The translations under genes were made by a program, and so were the position numbers. The notes beneath the pieces are model-generated. The model worked only from the letters and a program-made list of their open reading frames with translations, was not told where the DNA came from and ran no database searches. This document shows, one piece after another, positions 30,266 to 41,679 of a stretch of DNA of 64,000 nt. Source of the DNA: an uncultured delta proteobacterium (GTDB lineage Bacteria; Desulfobacterota; Syntrophia; Syntrophales; UBA2185); the NCBI GenBank assembly GCA_963695875.1, contig CAVOID010000010.1, forward strand, positions 64,001-128,000, in the 5' to 3' direction. Numbering within the stretch: position 1 is the first letter of the stretch; the number at the start of each line of letters is the position of its first letter.

Positions 30266-31144
30266 ATGCCTGTCGAAAAAGATGGCCTCGCAAAGCCCGT
30301 ATTAATGACTCAGAATGTTGGCGATGCCGATCTACCGTATCTCTTGTATGACGGCCATGGGCCAACCTTGATCCTCCTGCATGCAACAGGATTCTTGCCC
30401 TGGTTATGGCACCCGATTGCCACAGCGCTATCCCCATCATACAGAATCATCGCCCCCTACATCTGCGACTATCGGAAAGCAGATCCTGAAAAGGGGGGGC
30501 TCCACTGGATGACAGTCGCCAACGATATTGCCGCTCTTTGCAGAAAGAACAGTATCGAGAACCCTTTTCTGGTGGGGCATTCCATGGGGGCGACAGTTTC
30601 TATGATTGTACATGCCCTGTATGGCGTGAAGGCGAGGGCCATGATTCTAATAGAACCTATCTTCCTGCGTGATGATTTCTACAGCCTTCATTTCACTGTA
30701 AATGATCATCCGCTGGCTTCCAAAGCCTTGAAACGAAAAAATCGCTGGAAGAATCCATCTGAGGCTATGGGCTATCTCAAATCGAAATCACTCTTTAAGA
30801 ACTGGACACAGGAAATGCTGGAACTATATATTACATATGGAATGAAAGAGTCAAAAGAGGGCGGACTCGAATTAGTCTGCTCTCCCAAAACAGAAGCCGC
30901 CCTGTTTCTCGGCGGTGTGCAATACAACATATGGCCGCTTCTCTCAAAGGTTTCCTGTCCTGTTCTCGTCATCGAAGGAGAGAGCACCGACAGCAAAAAT
31001 TATATTGACATGGAACGCGCTGTTGCTGTGTTACCAAAAGCATCTCACATAATTGTTGCAGATGCCGGACATCTTATCCCCATGGAACAGCCGTCAAAAG
31101 TCGTGGCGATTATCGGAGATTTCTTCAGGAGTATACCGTTATAA
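30266..31144 (+). CDS. Alpha/beta hydrolase
   Basis: LLHATGF, GHSMG, AGHLIPME. Confidence 0.88.
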   Translation: MPVEKDGLAKPVLMTQNVGDADLPYLLYDGHGPTLILLHATGFLPWLWHPIATALSPSYRIIAPYICDYRKADPEKGGLHWMTVANDIAALCRKNSIENPFLVGHSMGATVSMIVHALYGVKARAMILIEPIFLRDDFYSLHFTVNDHPLASKALKRKNRWKNPSEAMGYLKSKSLFKNWTQEMLELYITYGMKESKEGGLELVCSPKTEAALFLGGVQYNIWPLLSKVSCPVLVIEGESTDSKNYIDMERAVAVLPKASHIIVADAGHLIPMEQPSKVVAIIGDFFRSIPL

Positions 31145-31329
31145 AAGACTAAGAGTCTTTGCCTGTCTGTATAAAATTGCAATCTGCATGCAATACTTTT
31201 AAAAAAATAAAAAAACATTGTATAATTTCTTGATAAATCATACCTTGTCATGTAAATATATTATTATAAGGTTAATGTATGAGTCTCATAGAGGCAAAGT
31301 GAAAAAATATTTTTAGGAGGGAAAGGAGC

Positions 31330-31542
31330 ATGGCAAGTTTAAGAAAAGGAGATTTGTTGACTTGTGAGGTATGCGGTCTTGTAGTTGCCGTCGATGAGGC
31401 GTGCGGCTGCGCCGTTGGCGAGATTGTTTGTTGCAAGAAAAAGCCCATGGTGAAGGGCAAGGCTGCTGCTGTTAAAGCAAAGAAGGTGAAAGCCTCTGCA
31501 AAAAAAGCTGTCAAAAAGCCTGCAGCTAAAGCCAAGAAGTAG
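31330..31542 (+). CDS. 70-aa Cys-rich metal-binding domain plus Lys/Ala-rich tail
   Basis: AGGAG RBS; CxxC...CxC...CC then 16 Lys in the last 35 aa; terminator follows. Confidence 0.8.
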   Translation: MASLRKGDLLTCEVCGLVVAVDEACGCAVGEIVCCKKKPMVKGKAAAVKAKKVKASAKKAVKKPAAKAKK

Positions 31543-31583
31543 TCAAGATTAAGTAGAGCGATTGTAATTTCTTAGTGTCCTGT

Positions 31584-31622
31584 AAAACCCCGCTTCTCGC
31601 ACTTACAGAAGAGCGGGGTTTT
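31584..31622 (+). terminator. Intrinsic terminator
   Basis: AAAACCCCGCT...AGCGGGGTTTT then T-rich run. Confidence 0.8.
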
Positions 31623-31812
31623 GTTTTTCATGATACCCACTCCGCGAGGAACTGTATAGGTAATTTGGACAATGGTACCTCATTGTTCTTGCTCCTTTCA
31701 CATTACTTCTGATAAAGTAAACCTAATGGTTTGTCCCCGGTAAATATAAAATGTTGATTACGCCACAGGCATTTATATTTAGTCTCCCCTAGAATGAGGT
31801 TCATGAGAAATA

Positions 31813-32559
31813 ATGGAGATGAAGATTATAGATTCACATATGCACTGCGGTATTCAGAATGTAAATCTGCCTTTCGAAGTCATAAAAAAATATCTGGATG
31901 CAGCAGGCATCCAGGGAGCATGCCTCTTTGCTCCTGTTGAGGATATCTATGACCGTTATGACTATGACTTTGAAGATAATACCGCATGGATGACCTGCAG
32001 ACAGCGGGCTAACAATTATCTCTTAGATATCCAGCAGACCCATGAACATATCTTTTCCTACTACTTTGTGTGGAACGACTTCAGGAAGGATGAGCTTAAG
32101 AGAGGCTACAGGGCAGTCAAGTGGCACCGCCATGAATATGAACCGGTCTACCACTACAACGATCCCCTCTGTGAAGCATTCCTGCAGGAAGTTTACCGTT
32201 TGAAGCTTCCCATTGTCCTTGAAGAATCTTTCGAGAACACCCGGTCTTTCATTAAGAGAGTCAATGGCAGAACCCCCATCATCATTCCTCATATGGGTGG
32301 ATTGAACGGCAGCTTTTCTGCGCTATTCAGATCAGGGACCTGGGATGATGATAATATCTTCGCCGACACTGCACTTGCCACAGGACAGGAAATCATGACA
32401 TTCTTAGAGAAGTACGGAAGTGACAGGCTCCTTTTTGGGAGTGACTTTCCTTTTGGCAATCCCGGCAACGAGCTTCAGGAAGTAATCCGGCTGAACTTAG
32501 GAAAACGGGATTTTGAAAATGTTGTCTGTCACAACATTTTAAGGTTGCTGCAGGTTTGA
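31813..32559 (+). CDS. Amidohydrolase family protein
   Basis: IIDSHMHCG, IIPHMGG, LLFGSDFPF. Confidence 0.88.
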   Translation: MEMKIIDSHMHCGIQNVNLPFEVIKKYLDAAGIQGACLFAPVEDIYDRYDYDFEDNTAWMTCRQRANNYLLDIQQTHEHIFSYYFVWNDFRKDELKRGYRAVKWHRHEYEPVYHYNDPLCEAFLQEVYRLKLPIVLEESFENTRSFIKRVNGRTPIIIPHMGGLNGSFSALFRSGTWDDDNIFADTALATGQEIMTFLEKYGSDRLLFGSDFPFGNPGNELQEVIRLNLGKRDFENVVCHNILRLLQV

Positions 32560-32645
32560 TGAAGTTTTGAAGCATGGTGACCACTTGGGCATGCAGTAAG
32601 TTCAATTATATCACAACCGACCATAGTGTCATTCAGGAGGTACAT

Positions 32646-33573
32646 ATGAAAATCGCAGTCATGGGAACCGGCGGGGTTGGAGGATATTATGGGGGATTGC
32701 TTGCACAGGCAGGGCAGGATGTGACGTTCATCGTGCGCGGGCCACAGTCTTCAGGCCATACGTGATAAGGGTCTTCAAGTAAAGAGTGTCCACGGCGATT
32801 TTACTGTCTCGCCGGCTAAGGCAACCGATAAACCTTCTCAAATCGGACCGGTTGATGTCATACTATTTGCGACAAAGACGTACCAGACCGACGAAGCGGC
32901 AAAGTTAATAAAACCCATTGTCGGTAGGGACACAGCGGTGGTTTCGCTCCAGAATGGCATAGACGCAGCAGATCGCATCGGTGCGGTTGTGGGTATGGAA
33001 CACATGCTGGGCGGTGCGACGTGGCTTTCGGCAGCGATTGAAGCGCCCGGCGTGATCGGCCAGTACAGCCAGTTCCGCCGCATCGTGCTGGGTGAGTTCA
33101 ACGGCCAGACGACAAGGCGCCTTAAGGCCGTTTATGATGCTCTACAGGCGACGGGTGCAACGGTTGAAACAAGCGATAATATCTTAAAAGTCCTGTGGAC
33201 AAAATTCGTATTTATCGCACCCGTCATGGCGATGGGAAGCCTGACACGCGTGACGTTCGGTGAGTACCGAAGCGTGCCGGAAGCACGCGCCGTGCTGATC
33301 GATGCCCTCAGCGAAGTGGCAGCAGTGGCTAAAGCCAAAGGTGTATCGCTTGATGCAGACGTAGTCGCCAAAACAGTAGCGTTTATTGACGGCAGCGCAC
33401 CGGGCATAAAGCCCTCGATGCAGCGTGATGTGGAATCCGGGAAACGCTCCGAACTGGAATCAATGATAGGAGTTGTTGTACGCATGGGCAAGCAGTACAA
33501 GGTACCCACGCCGGTAATGCAGTTTGCTTACGCGATGCTCAAACCGGGAGAGCTGAAAGCGCAGCAAAACTAG
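32646..33573 (+). CDS. panE: 2-dehydropantoate 2-reductase, frameshift near 32745
   Basis: [25 protein letters not shown]...SELE. Confidence 0.88.
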
Positions 33574-34283
33574 ATGTCAATTCTTTCAAGAAAGGCAGGT
33601 TTGAGAAGGATATATTTATTTTCCAACATTTCAATCTCACCTGATTGAATAAACCGTTTGATAAAGCGGGTTACTGTTTCTCTCGCGGTAGTTGCATGCT
33701 CTGCAATGTCCTTGTGCGTCAGTCTTAAATTGATAATTATCCCCCTCTGATCTTTAACCCCGAACTGGTTGCCGATATTTCTTAGGACCACTCTTATGCG
33801 CTGCTCGGCATCCGCAAAGCTTAATACCCTCAGCATTAACCATGCGTCTCTTAACCTCGAGCAGAGCATGGTAATAATCTCCATAAGGGCCTTTCTGTTC
33901 TGCAATAAATGGTTCTCAAAATCTTTCTTGGAGACAAATCCGACTTTAGTGTCCTCCATAGCGACAACTGTGGCTGGCGCAGTCATTCCATCAAGAATGG
34001 CCATTTCTCCGAAGAAATCACCCCTTTTACGAATCGCGAGAATCCTCTCCTGGCCATCAGCACTGAGTTGTATGGCCTTCACCTTGCCGGAATAAACAAA
34101 ATAGAAATAATTTGGTGTATCTTCTTCGTACAGGATGACCTGATTTTTTGAGAATTGTTTTTCAATGACGACGTTCTGGAATTCGGCTAATTCTGTTTCG
34201 GAAAGGCAGGCCAAAAATGGGATTTTTGGAACGATCAAATCAAACTGTGTTTTTTGCGGCTTAATTTTTGTTTCGCTTCTCAT
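33570..34283 (-). CDS. Crp/Fnr family transcriptional regulator
   Basis: FFGEMA cNMP domain; LTHKDIA...TARETVTR HTH. Confidence 0.93.
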   Translation of the reverse strand: MRSETKIKPQKTQFDLIVPKIPFLACLSETELAEFQNVVIEKQFSKNQVILYEEDTPNYFYFVYSGKVKAIQLSADGQERILAIRKRGDFFGEMAILDGMTAPATVVAMEDTKVGFVSKKDFENHLLQNRKALMEIITMLCSRLRDAWLMLRVLSFADAEQRIRVVLRNIGNQFGVKDQRGIIINLRLTHKDIAEHATTARETVTRFIKRFIQSGEIEMLENKYILLKPAFLERIDI

Positions 34284-34618
34284 ATATAATCTCAGAGATC
34301 TGTTTCAAACTTTTAGCAGGTTTTGTTAGACATACCTTTACAGATTTTCAGATTTGAAGCAACAAAAATTGTGAGGCCAGAGCATGACATCGGGAAGGCA
34401 TGACGTGTGAAATGATTCATCGTGGGAATAACGCTTCCGGGCAAAGATCCCACACGAGATTCATTTTTTGCCTGCGACTTAATCCATGTATTCGATATCC
34501 GTATGATATTCATCATACGGATTGCTTAATGTACCTGAAATAACAGCTTGTTGTGTATGGCATTGCAAGATCAAGAGGGAGAAAAACTATCTCGTGTTAA
34601 ATGATCAATTCAAATAAA

Positions 34619-35995
34619 TCAATATGGATTTTTGTCCGTCACCAGCTTTATCTCATGCTTGTAGCCATCGTTGAACGGACTTTTTATTTTACTGACTGAG
34701 AAAATTACAGTGGATCTGTCTTCGGATTTCAGCACCATTTCCTTCACGGCTGCACTCTTGCCCGTGAGCTTGACCCCGGCGAGGTCCACGCTGCTGTTGG
34801 AGGTAAGTATTGCGACGTCAGAATCGATGCTGCATCCGCTCAAATTCACGACTGAATCTATCGCCTTTACACCTACGTCCCCGGATTTTATATAGCTGCT
34901 TTCAATAGATACAATTGATCTTTCAATGTAAATGTACTTTGCAGTTACACTGACAATCCGCGTATCATTACTGTTTTTAACTTCTATTCGATCATAGTCG
35001 CCGTCGGATATCACACAGTCTTTGCCCTCGCATATAAATGCCTTATTGCTTGTGAATGAAGGCGTTTTGATCTCCTTTTTCTTAACCGGAACTGAAAGCC
35101 AGTCTATGACTATCTTATTAAAATCACCCGGGCGGTCAATCATCGGGCAGTGACCGAGTCCCGGCATTATCCTCAAATCAGACTCCGGAAGCATCCATTC
35201 CAGAAGCCGACCGGTCCGCAATGGTGATACGGGATCTTTCTCTCCCCAGACTATGAGGGAGGGAACTTTTGTTTTATCGACGATCTTGCTGAAATCGGTG
35301 TTGAGTAAAACCATCCCGGCTGTCTTCGCGGGATCACCGCTATACAGCTTCTTTTTCAATAATTCAGAACTCAGTGAACTGCCGCCGCTTTCCTCCTTGA
35401 ACCCTTTATCCATGCTCTCGAGGTTTGCGATTATAAAGTTCTGTACTGCCGATACCGGTATATTCATTACATCCAGAAATTTATTAGGCTCTATATTGAT
35501 AAAGTTTTTAATGAATGCTGAACGGTTAAGTATTCCTGCTGAATCTATAATGATAAGGCGCTCCAGGTTTTCCGGATATGTCCCCGCATAATAAAGCGCG
35601 ATCGCCCCGCCCAGTGAATGTCCGATGATGTATAGAGGTCCTTTTGTGTATTTCTTTACGATCCAGTTGACAAAGGCGGCGTAGTTTTGGGGGGAATACA
35701 GATCGTTTTCCTTGCTTGAACGGGCAAATCCGGGGAGATCGAAGGCGACAACATGATATTTATTCTCAAGCTCAGGTATCAGATTTTTCCAGATACCGGC
35801 ACCTTCATCTCCGATGCCATGTATCAGTACAACACTTATAGCATGTCCTTTGCCGGATTCGTAAAAATAGACTTTGCTGTTGAATATGGGCTCACGTATG
35901 AATTCTTCTCTGATGCCTTTCTTCCCATGCAGATCTGTTATGAAAAAGATGGAAGAGACCGTTAATACTATTATTAATGTCATTACTTTTTTCAT
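34619..35995 (-). CDS. Exported alpha/beta hydrolase with C-terminal beta-helix-like extension
   Basis: Signal-like N-terminus; LIHG, GHSLGG, GHCP; repetitive beta-strand C-terminus. Confidence 0.8.
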   Translation of the reverse strand: MKKVMTLIIVLTVSSIFFITDLHGKKGIREEFIREPIFNSKVYFYESGKGHAISVVLIHGIGDEGAGIWKNLIPELENKYHVVAFDLPGFARSSKENDLYSPQNYAAFVNWIVKKYTKGPLYIIGHSLGGAIALYYAGTYPENLERLIIIDSAGILNRSAFIKNFINIEPNKFLDVMNIPVSAVQNFIIANLESMDKGFKEESGGSSLSSELLKKKLYSGDPAKTAGMVLLNTDFSKIVDKTKVPSLIVWGEKDPVSPLRTGRLLEWMLPESDLRIMPGLGHCPMIDRPGDFNKIVIDWLSVPVKKKEIKTPSFTSNKAFICEGKDCVISDGDYDRIEVKNSNDTRIVSVTAKYIYIERSIVSIESSYIKSGDVGVKAIDSVVNLSGCSIDSDVAILTSNSSVDLAGVKLTGKSAAVKEMVLKSEDRSTVIFSVSKIKSPFNDGYKHEIKLVTDKNPY

Positions 35996-36001
35996 AAGAA
36001 A

Positions 36002-37357
36002 TTATAGAAGATGTAACATTTCACTGAGAGTCGGATGGGGAATGATCCACTTTTTCAATTCCTTTTTGCCCATTCCATTTGCCACAGCCAGACTCATCGA
36101 AGCAATAAGCTCACCAGCGTCGTCCCCGATGATGGTCACACCGATTAACCTGTCTTCGCTAAAGACCGCTTTCACAAACCCATTCCCTTTGAGCTCCGTC
36201 CTGGCCATGATATTGGATGCATATTCCACCCTCCTTGTTTCCACCTTTAAACCCTTTTCCGATGCCTGCCTTTCGGTAAGCCCGACACGGGCCACACTGG
36301 GATGAGTATATACCACGGAAGGTATTGCTTCCTCCCTGTATTTAATTGAAGGATCACCATTGATATAACTGGCAACAGCCCTTCCCTGTTGAATAGCCCG
36401 GTGCGCAAGCATTATACCTCCGGTGACATCACCAACGGCATATATGCCTTCTCTGCTTGTTCTTTGATTCTCATTAACAATTATGCCCCTTTGATCGTAC
36501 TCGATGCCACACCGATTCAATTCATCAATGAATAAAGCTGGCTTTCTGCCGGTACACACCAGGGCATAATCGGCGGTTAATTCGAGTGCTTGTGTGTTTT
36601 GAGTCGCTTTCAGATGCACTGCATTGGGAATCTCCCGGAGGGTTTCCATCCTGGCCGATGTGTGGATAGCAATGCCCAAGCCGGTTAGTTCCTGTCGTAA
36701 GAAACCAGCGGCCTCCTCATCCTCACAGGGAATTATTTGGTCTAAGAGTTCAACAATGGTCACTTTAACACCCAGCTCTGCAAGAAAAGTCGCAAACTCC
36801 ACACCGATAATACTTCCCCCGACAATGATGACAGACTCCGGCAAAGTCTCCAAAGCGAGGAAGCTGTCAGATGTTAAAACGCGCTGAGAAGGTTTGATAT
36901 GCGGCGGGAGCAGCGGCTCCGAACCCCAGGCGATAATTATATTATCAGCAATAATGCGTTGTGCATCACCCTGTGGCGAGACCCATATCACTTCTCCCGG
37001 ATTTGCGATCTTTCCCTCGCCGTATATAAGCTCAACTCCGGCGTCCTTTAAAGATTTCTGTACACCCAAGGATGAAGTGGTAACCATCTGCCGTTGGTGA
37101 CGCTTAACTGCGGTATAATCAACTGAGACTTCCCCGGTAGAAATACCGAGGCGCTTCAGTTTCTTGATATTCTTGTATTGCTTACTGCACGCCAATAGCG
37201 CTTTTGTAGGAACGCAGCCCCGATGGGTACATGTGCCGCCCCATTGATTCTTCTCAATAATGGCAACCTTCGTTCCCCTTCTGGCAACATATTCAGCCGC
37301 CGCATGGCCGCCAGGACCGGCACCAATAACAATGAGATTGTATGTTTCGGACATCAT
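36002..37357 (-). CDS. lpdA: Dihydrolipoyl dehydrogenase
   Basis: GAGPGG, GGTCTHRGCVPTK, HPTLSE; in the gcv/lipA cluster. Confidence 0.92.
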   Translation of the reverse strand: MMSETYNLIVIGAGPGGHAAAEYVARRGTKVAIIEKNQWGGTCTHRGCVPTKALLACSKQYKNIKKLKRLGISTGEVSVDYTAVKRHQRQMVTTSSLGVQKSLKDAGVELIYGEGKIANPGEVIWVSPQGDAQRIIADNIIIAWGSEPLLPPHIKPSQRVLTSDSFLALETLPESVIIVGGSIIGVEFATFLAELGVKVTIVELLDQIIPCEDEEAAGFLRQELTGLGIAIHTSARMETLREIPNAVHLKATQNTQALELTADYALVCTGRKPALFIDELNRCGIEYDQRGIIVNENQRTSREGIYAVGDVTGGIMLAHRAIQQGRAVASYINGDPSIKYREEAIPSVVYTHPSVARVGLTERQASEKGLKVETRRVEYASNIMARTELKGNGFVKAVFSEDRLIGVTIIGDDAGELIASMSLAVANGMGKKELKKWIIPHPTLSEMLHLL

Positions 37358-37400
37358 GAACCCTTATCTATTCGATTTTCTCTCTGTAAAATACTCAACT

Positions 37401-37489
37401 TGTCATTGCGAGCGACCGAAAGGAGCGCGGCAATCTTTTTGTTTATCAGTGATATAATACCCCTTTACTCCCCCTTGGTCGAAATGACA
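37401..37489. repeat. REP-like repeat pair, TGTCATTGCGAG family
   Basis: TGTCATTGCGAGCG...GGCAATC ... GAAATGACA. Confidence 0.6.
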
Positions 37490-37499
37490 AATTGGAAAT

Positions 37500-38366
37500 T
37501 TACCAACGTTCTTTCATCAGGTTTTCTGCGGCATGATAGGAACTACGGACAAGGGGACCGGCTTCAACATGTTTCAATCCCATTTCATACGCCATCCCCT
37601 TGATCATTTCAAATTCATCAGGGTGATAATATTTCATGACAGGCCAGTGATCGCGCGTCGGCTGCTGGTACTGTCCAATGGTTATCCTTTCACAGTTAAC
37701 CGATACCAGGTCATAGAGCAGCCCCAGAATGTCGCCCCAGTCCTCTCCAAAACCCACCATAAATCCCGATTTGGTTATGATTTTATTTTCACCGTACCGA
37801 TGCACCCGCTGAAGCACTTCCAGAGACGTGCGATAGTTTCCCTGGGGTCGAAGATTGCCAAAGAATGCGGGAACAACTTCCATATTGTGGTTAACCACAT
37901 GGGGATTGCTTTCGATGATGCATCTCAGGGCATCCCAATTGCCCCGAAGATCCGGAATAAGGACTTCTACCTTGCATCCCGGCACCACCCGATACAATCT
38001 TTCCACGCATCGGGCAAATATCTCCGCCCCTCCATCGGGCAGATCATCCCGTGTGACCGATGTTATAACAATATACTGAAGTCCCAGTTCTTTAACAGCC
38101 TTGGCAAGCCGATCCGGTTCACTTTCATCCACTCCGTCGGGTTTCCCATGTTGGACATTGCAATAGAGGCAGTTGCGGGTGCAGATATTACCCAGAATTA
38201 GAAAAGTGGCCGTCCCGGAATTAAAACATTCGGTTACGTTGGGACAGTGCGCCTCCTGGCAGATGGAGTGGAGATGTAAATTGGACAGGATACCCTTAAC
38301 ATGCTTGAATTCCTGTGACGAAGGGAGTCTTACTTTCAGCCATTCAGGTTTCCGTTTGATTTGCAT
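37500..38366 (-). CDS. lipA: Lipoyl synthase
   Basis: CQEAHCPNVTEC, CTRNCLYC, VRSSY. Confidence 0.95.
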   Translation of the reverse strand: MQIKRKPEWLKVRLPSSQEFKHVKGILSNLHLHSICQEAHCPNVTECFNSGTATFLILGNICTRNCLYCNVQHGKPDGVDESEPDRLAKAVKELGLQYIVITSVTRDDLPDGGAEIFARCVERLYRVVPGCKVEVLIPDLRGNWDALRCIIESNPHVVNHNMEVVPAFFGNLRPQGNYRTSLEVLQRVHRYGENKIITKSGFMVGFGEDWGDILGLLYDLVSVNCERITIGQYQQPTRDHWPVMKYYHPDEFEMIKGMAYEMGLKHVEAGPLVRSSYHAAENLMKERW

Positions 38367-38754
38367 CTGAGCTCTGAACCCGCTTCTTCGCCTTGAATAT
38401 ACCAATTATGCCGAACAGCAAAAATATTGTTCCCATGATGAGCTGAGGAATGGCTGCATCAAGCTGCCCTGTAAAGTGATACTGCATTATTGCCTGTACA
38501 AGATTCACAAGACCGAAAAAGAGAAAAAACCCCGGCACCACATAATTAAGAAGTTTACGGGCGTTCACAGGTACTTGGGGAAGTCTTTTCATCTGTTCCG
38601 GGGATGCAGCCGGAGCAGTTATTTTTGGTTTCACCGCAGACGGCCTCCCGCTCAACTCCTCCTTTTCCTTCCCTGCAAGAGCCCATATAAGCCTGTCTCT
38701 CTCTTTCGGATCTTTTACATCTTTCAGTTTTCTGATTATTCTGTCTCTCTCCAT
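38344..38754 (-). CDS. Hypothetical two-TM membrane protein
   Basis: ORF inside the gcv-lipA operon with RBS; two hydrophobic helices. Confidence 0.6.
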   Translation of the reverse strand: MERDRIIRKLKDVKDPKERDRLIWALAGKEKEELSGRPSAVKPKITAPAASPEQMKRLPQVPVNARKLLNYVVPGFFLFFGLVNLVQAIMQYHFTGQLDAAIPQLIMGTIFLLFGIIGIFKAKKRVQSSDANQTET

Positions 38755-38798
38755 ATGATCCTTCTTTGTGCAGATTCATCCTGCGCGTAGATTGCCCC

Positions 38799-40245
38799 CT
38801 AACACTTTCCCATCCAGCATACATCAGGTTCCCTGGCCGCTTTGACATCATCCAGGCGCTTTACCGGAGTAGTCAGAGGAGCAGACTTGACCATGTCCGG
38901 ATTTTCCTTTACCTCTGTTGCTATGGTAATCATAGTGTCACAGAAGGCATCCAAGGTTTCCTTGCTTTCTGTCTCGTTAGGCTCGATCATGATGGCCTCG
39001 GGTACAATCAAGGGAAAGTATATAGTCGGCGGATGATAACCATAATCCAGGAGACGTTTGGCGATATCCGAGGTATGGACACCACTCTCCTTGACCTGCC
39101 GTCTTCCTGAAAAGACACATTCATGCATACAGATCCGGTCATAAGCAAGGTCATAATGATCCCTTAATCGTTCTTTCACGTAATTGGCATTCAGGACAGC
39201 CATTTCACTTGCCCTCTTCAGGCCGTGCGGCCCGAGGGAACGGATATACGTGTAAGCCTTTACCATTACGTTAAAGTTACCATAAAAGGCCTTTACCCGT
39301 CCAACACTGTCTGGATAATCATAGTCCCAATCATAACGATCTCCATTTTTCACGACCCTCGGTATCGGGCAGATACGGTACCAGGTTCTTCCCGACTCCG
39401 ACGGGGCCGCTTCCAGGACCGCCGCTGCCATGCGGGGTAGAGAACGTCTTGTGGAGATTAAGCTGTATTACATCAAAGCCCAGGTCGCCCGGTTTTGTGA
39501 TTCCCATAAACGCATTGGCATTGGCGCCGTCACAGTATAAAAGGCCCTCCTTACCATGAATAATTTGAGCAACTTTTTCTGTATTCCTTTCAAAGAGACC
39601 CAGGGTATTGGGATTCGTTAACATCAGGCCGGCAACATTCTCTGTCATCAATTCACGTAAGTGATCGATATCTACGCCTCCCTCGGCATTGGAACGCACC
39701 GTGACCACCTGGTATCCGCACAGCGCCCCCGAGGCGGGATTAGTGCCGTGGGCTGTATCGGGAATTAATATGTGCGTCCGTTTTTCCCCCTTTTTCTCGA
39801 AGTATTTTTTGATGACCATGACGCCGGTCAACTCTCCGTGGGCGCCTGCGGCAGGCTGGAGGGCAAAATCAGCCATGCCGAAGATTTCACTCAAATACTG
39901 CCGCAGTTCATGCATGAGCTGCAGTGATCCCTGGGAAAATTCGACGGGCGCATATGGATGGAGGCTGGTAAATCCGGGAAGTTTTGCCACTTCTTCGTTG
40001 ACTTTGGGATTATATTTCATCGTGCATGAACCAAGGGGATAAAAGCCCACATCGACACCGAAATTTCGTTTCGATAACTGTGTATAGTGCCTGATCAGGT
40101 CAACCTCCGCCACTTCGGGAAGATCCACATCATCCCTGAGCAGGCCCTTGCTAATGATACTTTCAACCGCGACCTCCGGTACATCACATATCGGGATACT
40201 CGTGGCCACTCTGCCTGCCCGGCTTTTTTCAAATATCAGTTCCAT
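38799..40245 (-). CDS. gcvPB: Glycine dehydrogenase subunit 2, frameshift near 39365
   Basis: [39 protein letters not shown]. Confidence 0.93.
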
Positions 40246-40271
40246 CAGTTCCCTCCAGTTATATATCTTTA

Positions 40272-41599
40272 TTAAGCAACAAACGAAACAATCCTGTCAA
40301 TATCATCTTTCGTGAGCATTTCCGTAGCGCAGAAGAGAAGGGTGTTTTTTAGTTCGGGATAATCTTTTTGCCACTTCATAGCCGCCGATGATCCCTTTCG
40401 CCTTCAGTTTCTGATTAACTTTTTTGGGGTTAGGGCATCTGATGACGAATTCATTATAAACAGGAGCCGGGAAGACAACTTCCCAACCTTTGAGTCCGGA
40501 GAGTTTCTGCTTTAAATAGTGTGCCTTCTGTATGTTGAGTTCTGCTAATTTTTTGAGGTTTTTCCCCAGACTGACCAGGTAAACACCGGCCGCCAGGGCG
40601 CAGAGGGCTTCATTGGAGCAGATATTCGATGTCGCCCTTTCCCGCCTGATGTGCTGTTCACGGGTCTGGAGGGTGAGGACGAAGCCTCTCTTCCCTTCTC
40701 TGTCCACAGTGGCTCCGGCAAGCCTGCCGGGGATCTTTCTCAGGAATTTATCGGTGCTGGCAAAGATTCCCAGATAGGGGCCTCCGTAGTTCATGGGGTT
40801 TCCGAAACCCTGCCCTTCCCCGACGACAAAATCGGCCCCCATAGCACCTGCGGGTTTAAGAATACCCAAAGACGTCGCTTCCGTAAATCCGGAGACAAGA
40901 AGCGCGCCCTTCGCGTGCACTGCGGATTCAATCAGGGAGATGTCCTCAATGATCCCGAAGAAGTTAGGACTCTGCACGAGGACGGCAGCGGTATTTTCAT
41001 CTATCGCCTTCAGCAGGGCATCCCGATCAAGCTGACCGGATTTGCCGTAAGGAACTTCTGCCACTTCATATCCGTTTGACCAGGCGTATGTACCGACCAC
41101 CTGCCGGTATTCGGGATGTACGGAGCTTATGATAACGATCTTCGTCCGGTTCAGGGTCTTGGCAGCCAGTACTGCCGCCTCGGCCATGGCGGAGGCGCCG
41201 TCATACATGGAGGCATTGGCGACCTGCATGCCCGTGAGCTTGGCGATCATGGTCTGGTATTCGTAAATTGCCTGGAGGATTCCCTGACTGATCTCCGCCT
41301 GGTAGGGGGTGTATGCCGTGTAAAACTCCGACCGGGAAAGGACATGTACCCACAACGGCAGGGATATAATGGTTATAAGCCCCTGCTCCCATCAATGTGA
41401 TCGGGGAAACTGCGTTCTTAGAACCAATGCCTTTCATCAGTGTAAAGACTTCCTGTTCGGAAAGGGCGGGAGGTAAGTCCATCAGTTTCTTGATCTGATA
41501 CTTCTCGGGAATATCGACAAAAAGTTCTGCGATAGACTTGATGCCGATAGTCTCCATCATCTGTCTTTGATCTTCCGGGGTGTGGGGGACATAATCCAT
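40272..41599 (-). CDS. gcvPA: Glycine dehydrogenase subunit 1, frameshifts near 41350 and 40365
   Basis: TAYTPYQAEISQG, ANASMYDG, TREQHIRRERATSNICSN. Confidence 0.92.
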
Positions 41600-41679
41600 A
41601 ATGCATACCTTTCTCTTATGAGGTTAATGTTCAAGGCAAGGCGTTATTGTGGCTGAATACCTACACTGTCATTTCAGGA

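Noticed and set aside
34313..34516. 67-aa ORF upstream of the Crp/Fnr gene
   Set aside because: No clear RBS or recognisable motif; left as intergenic.
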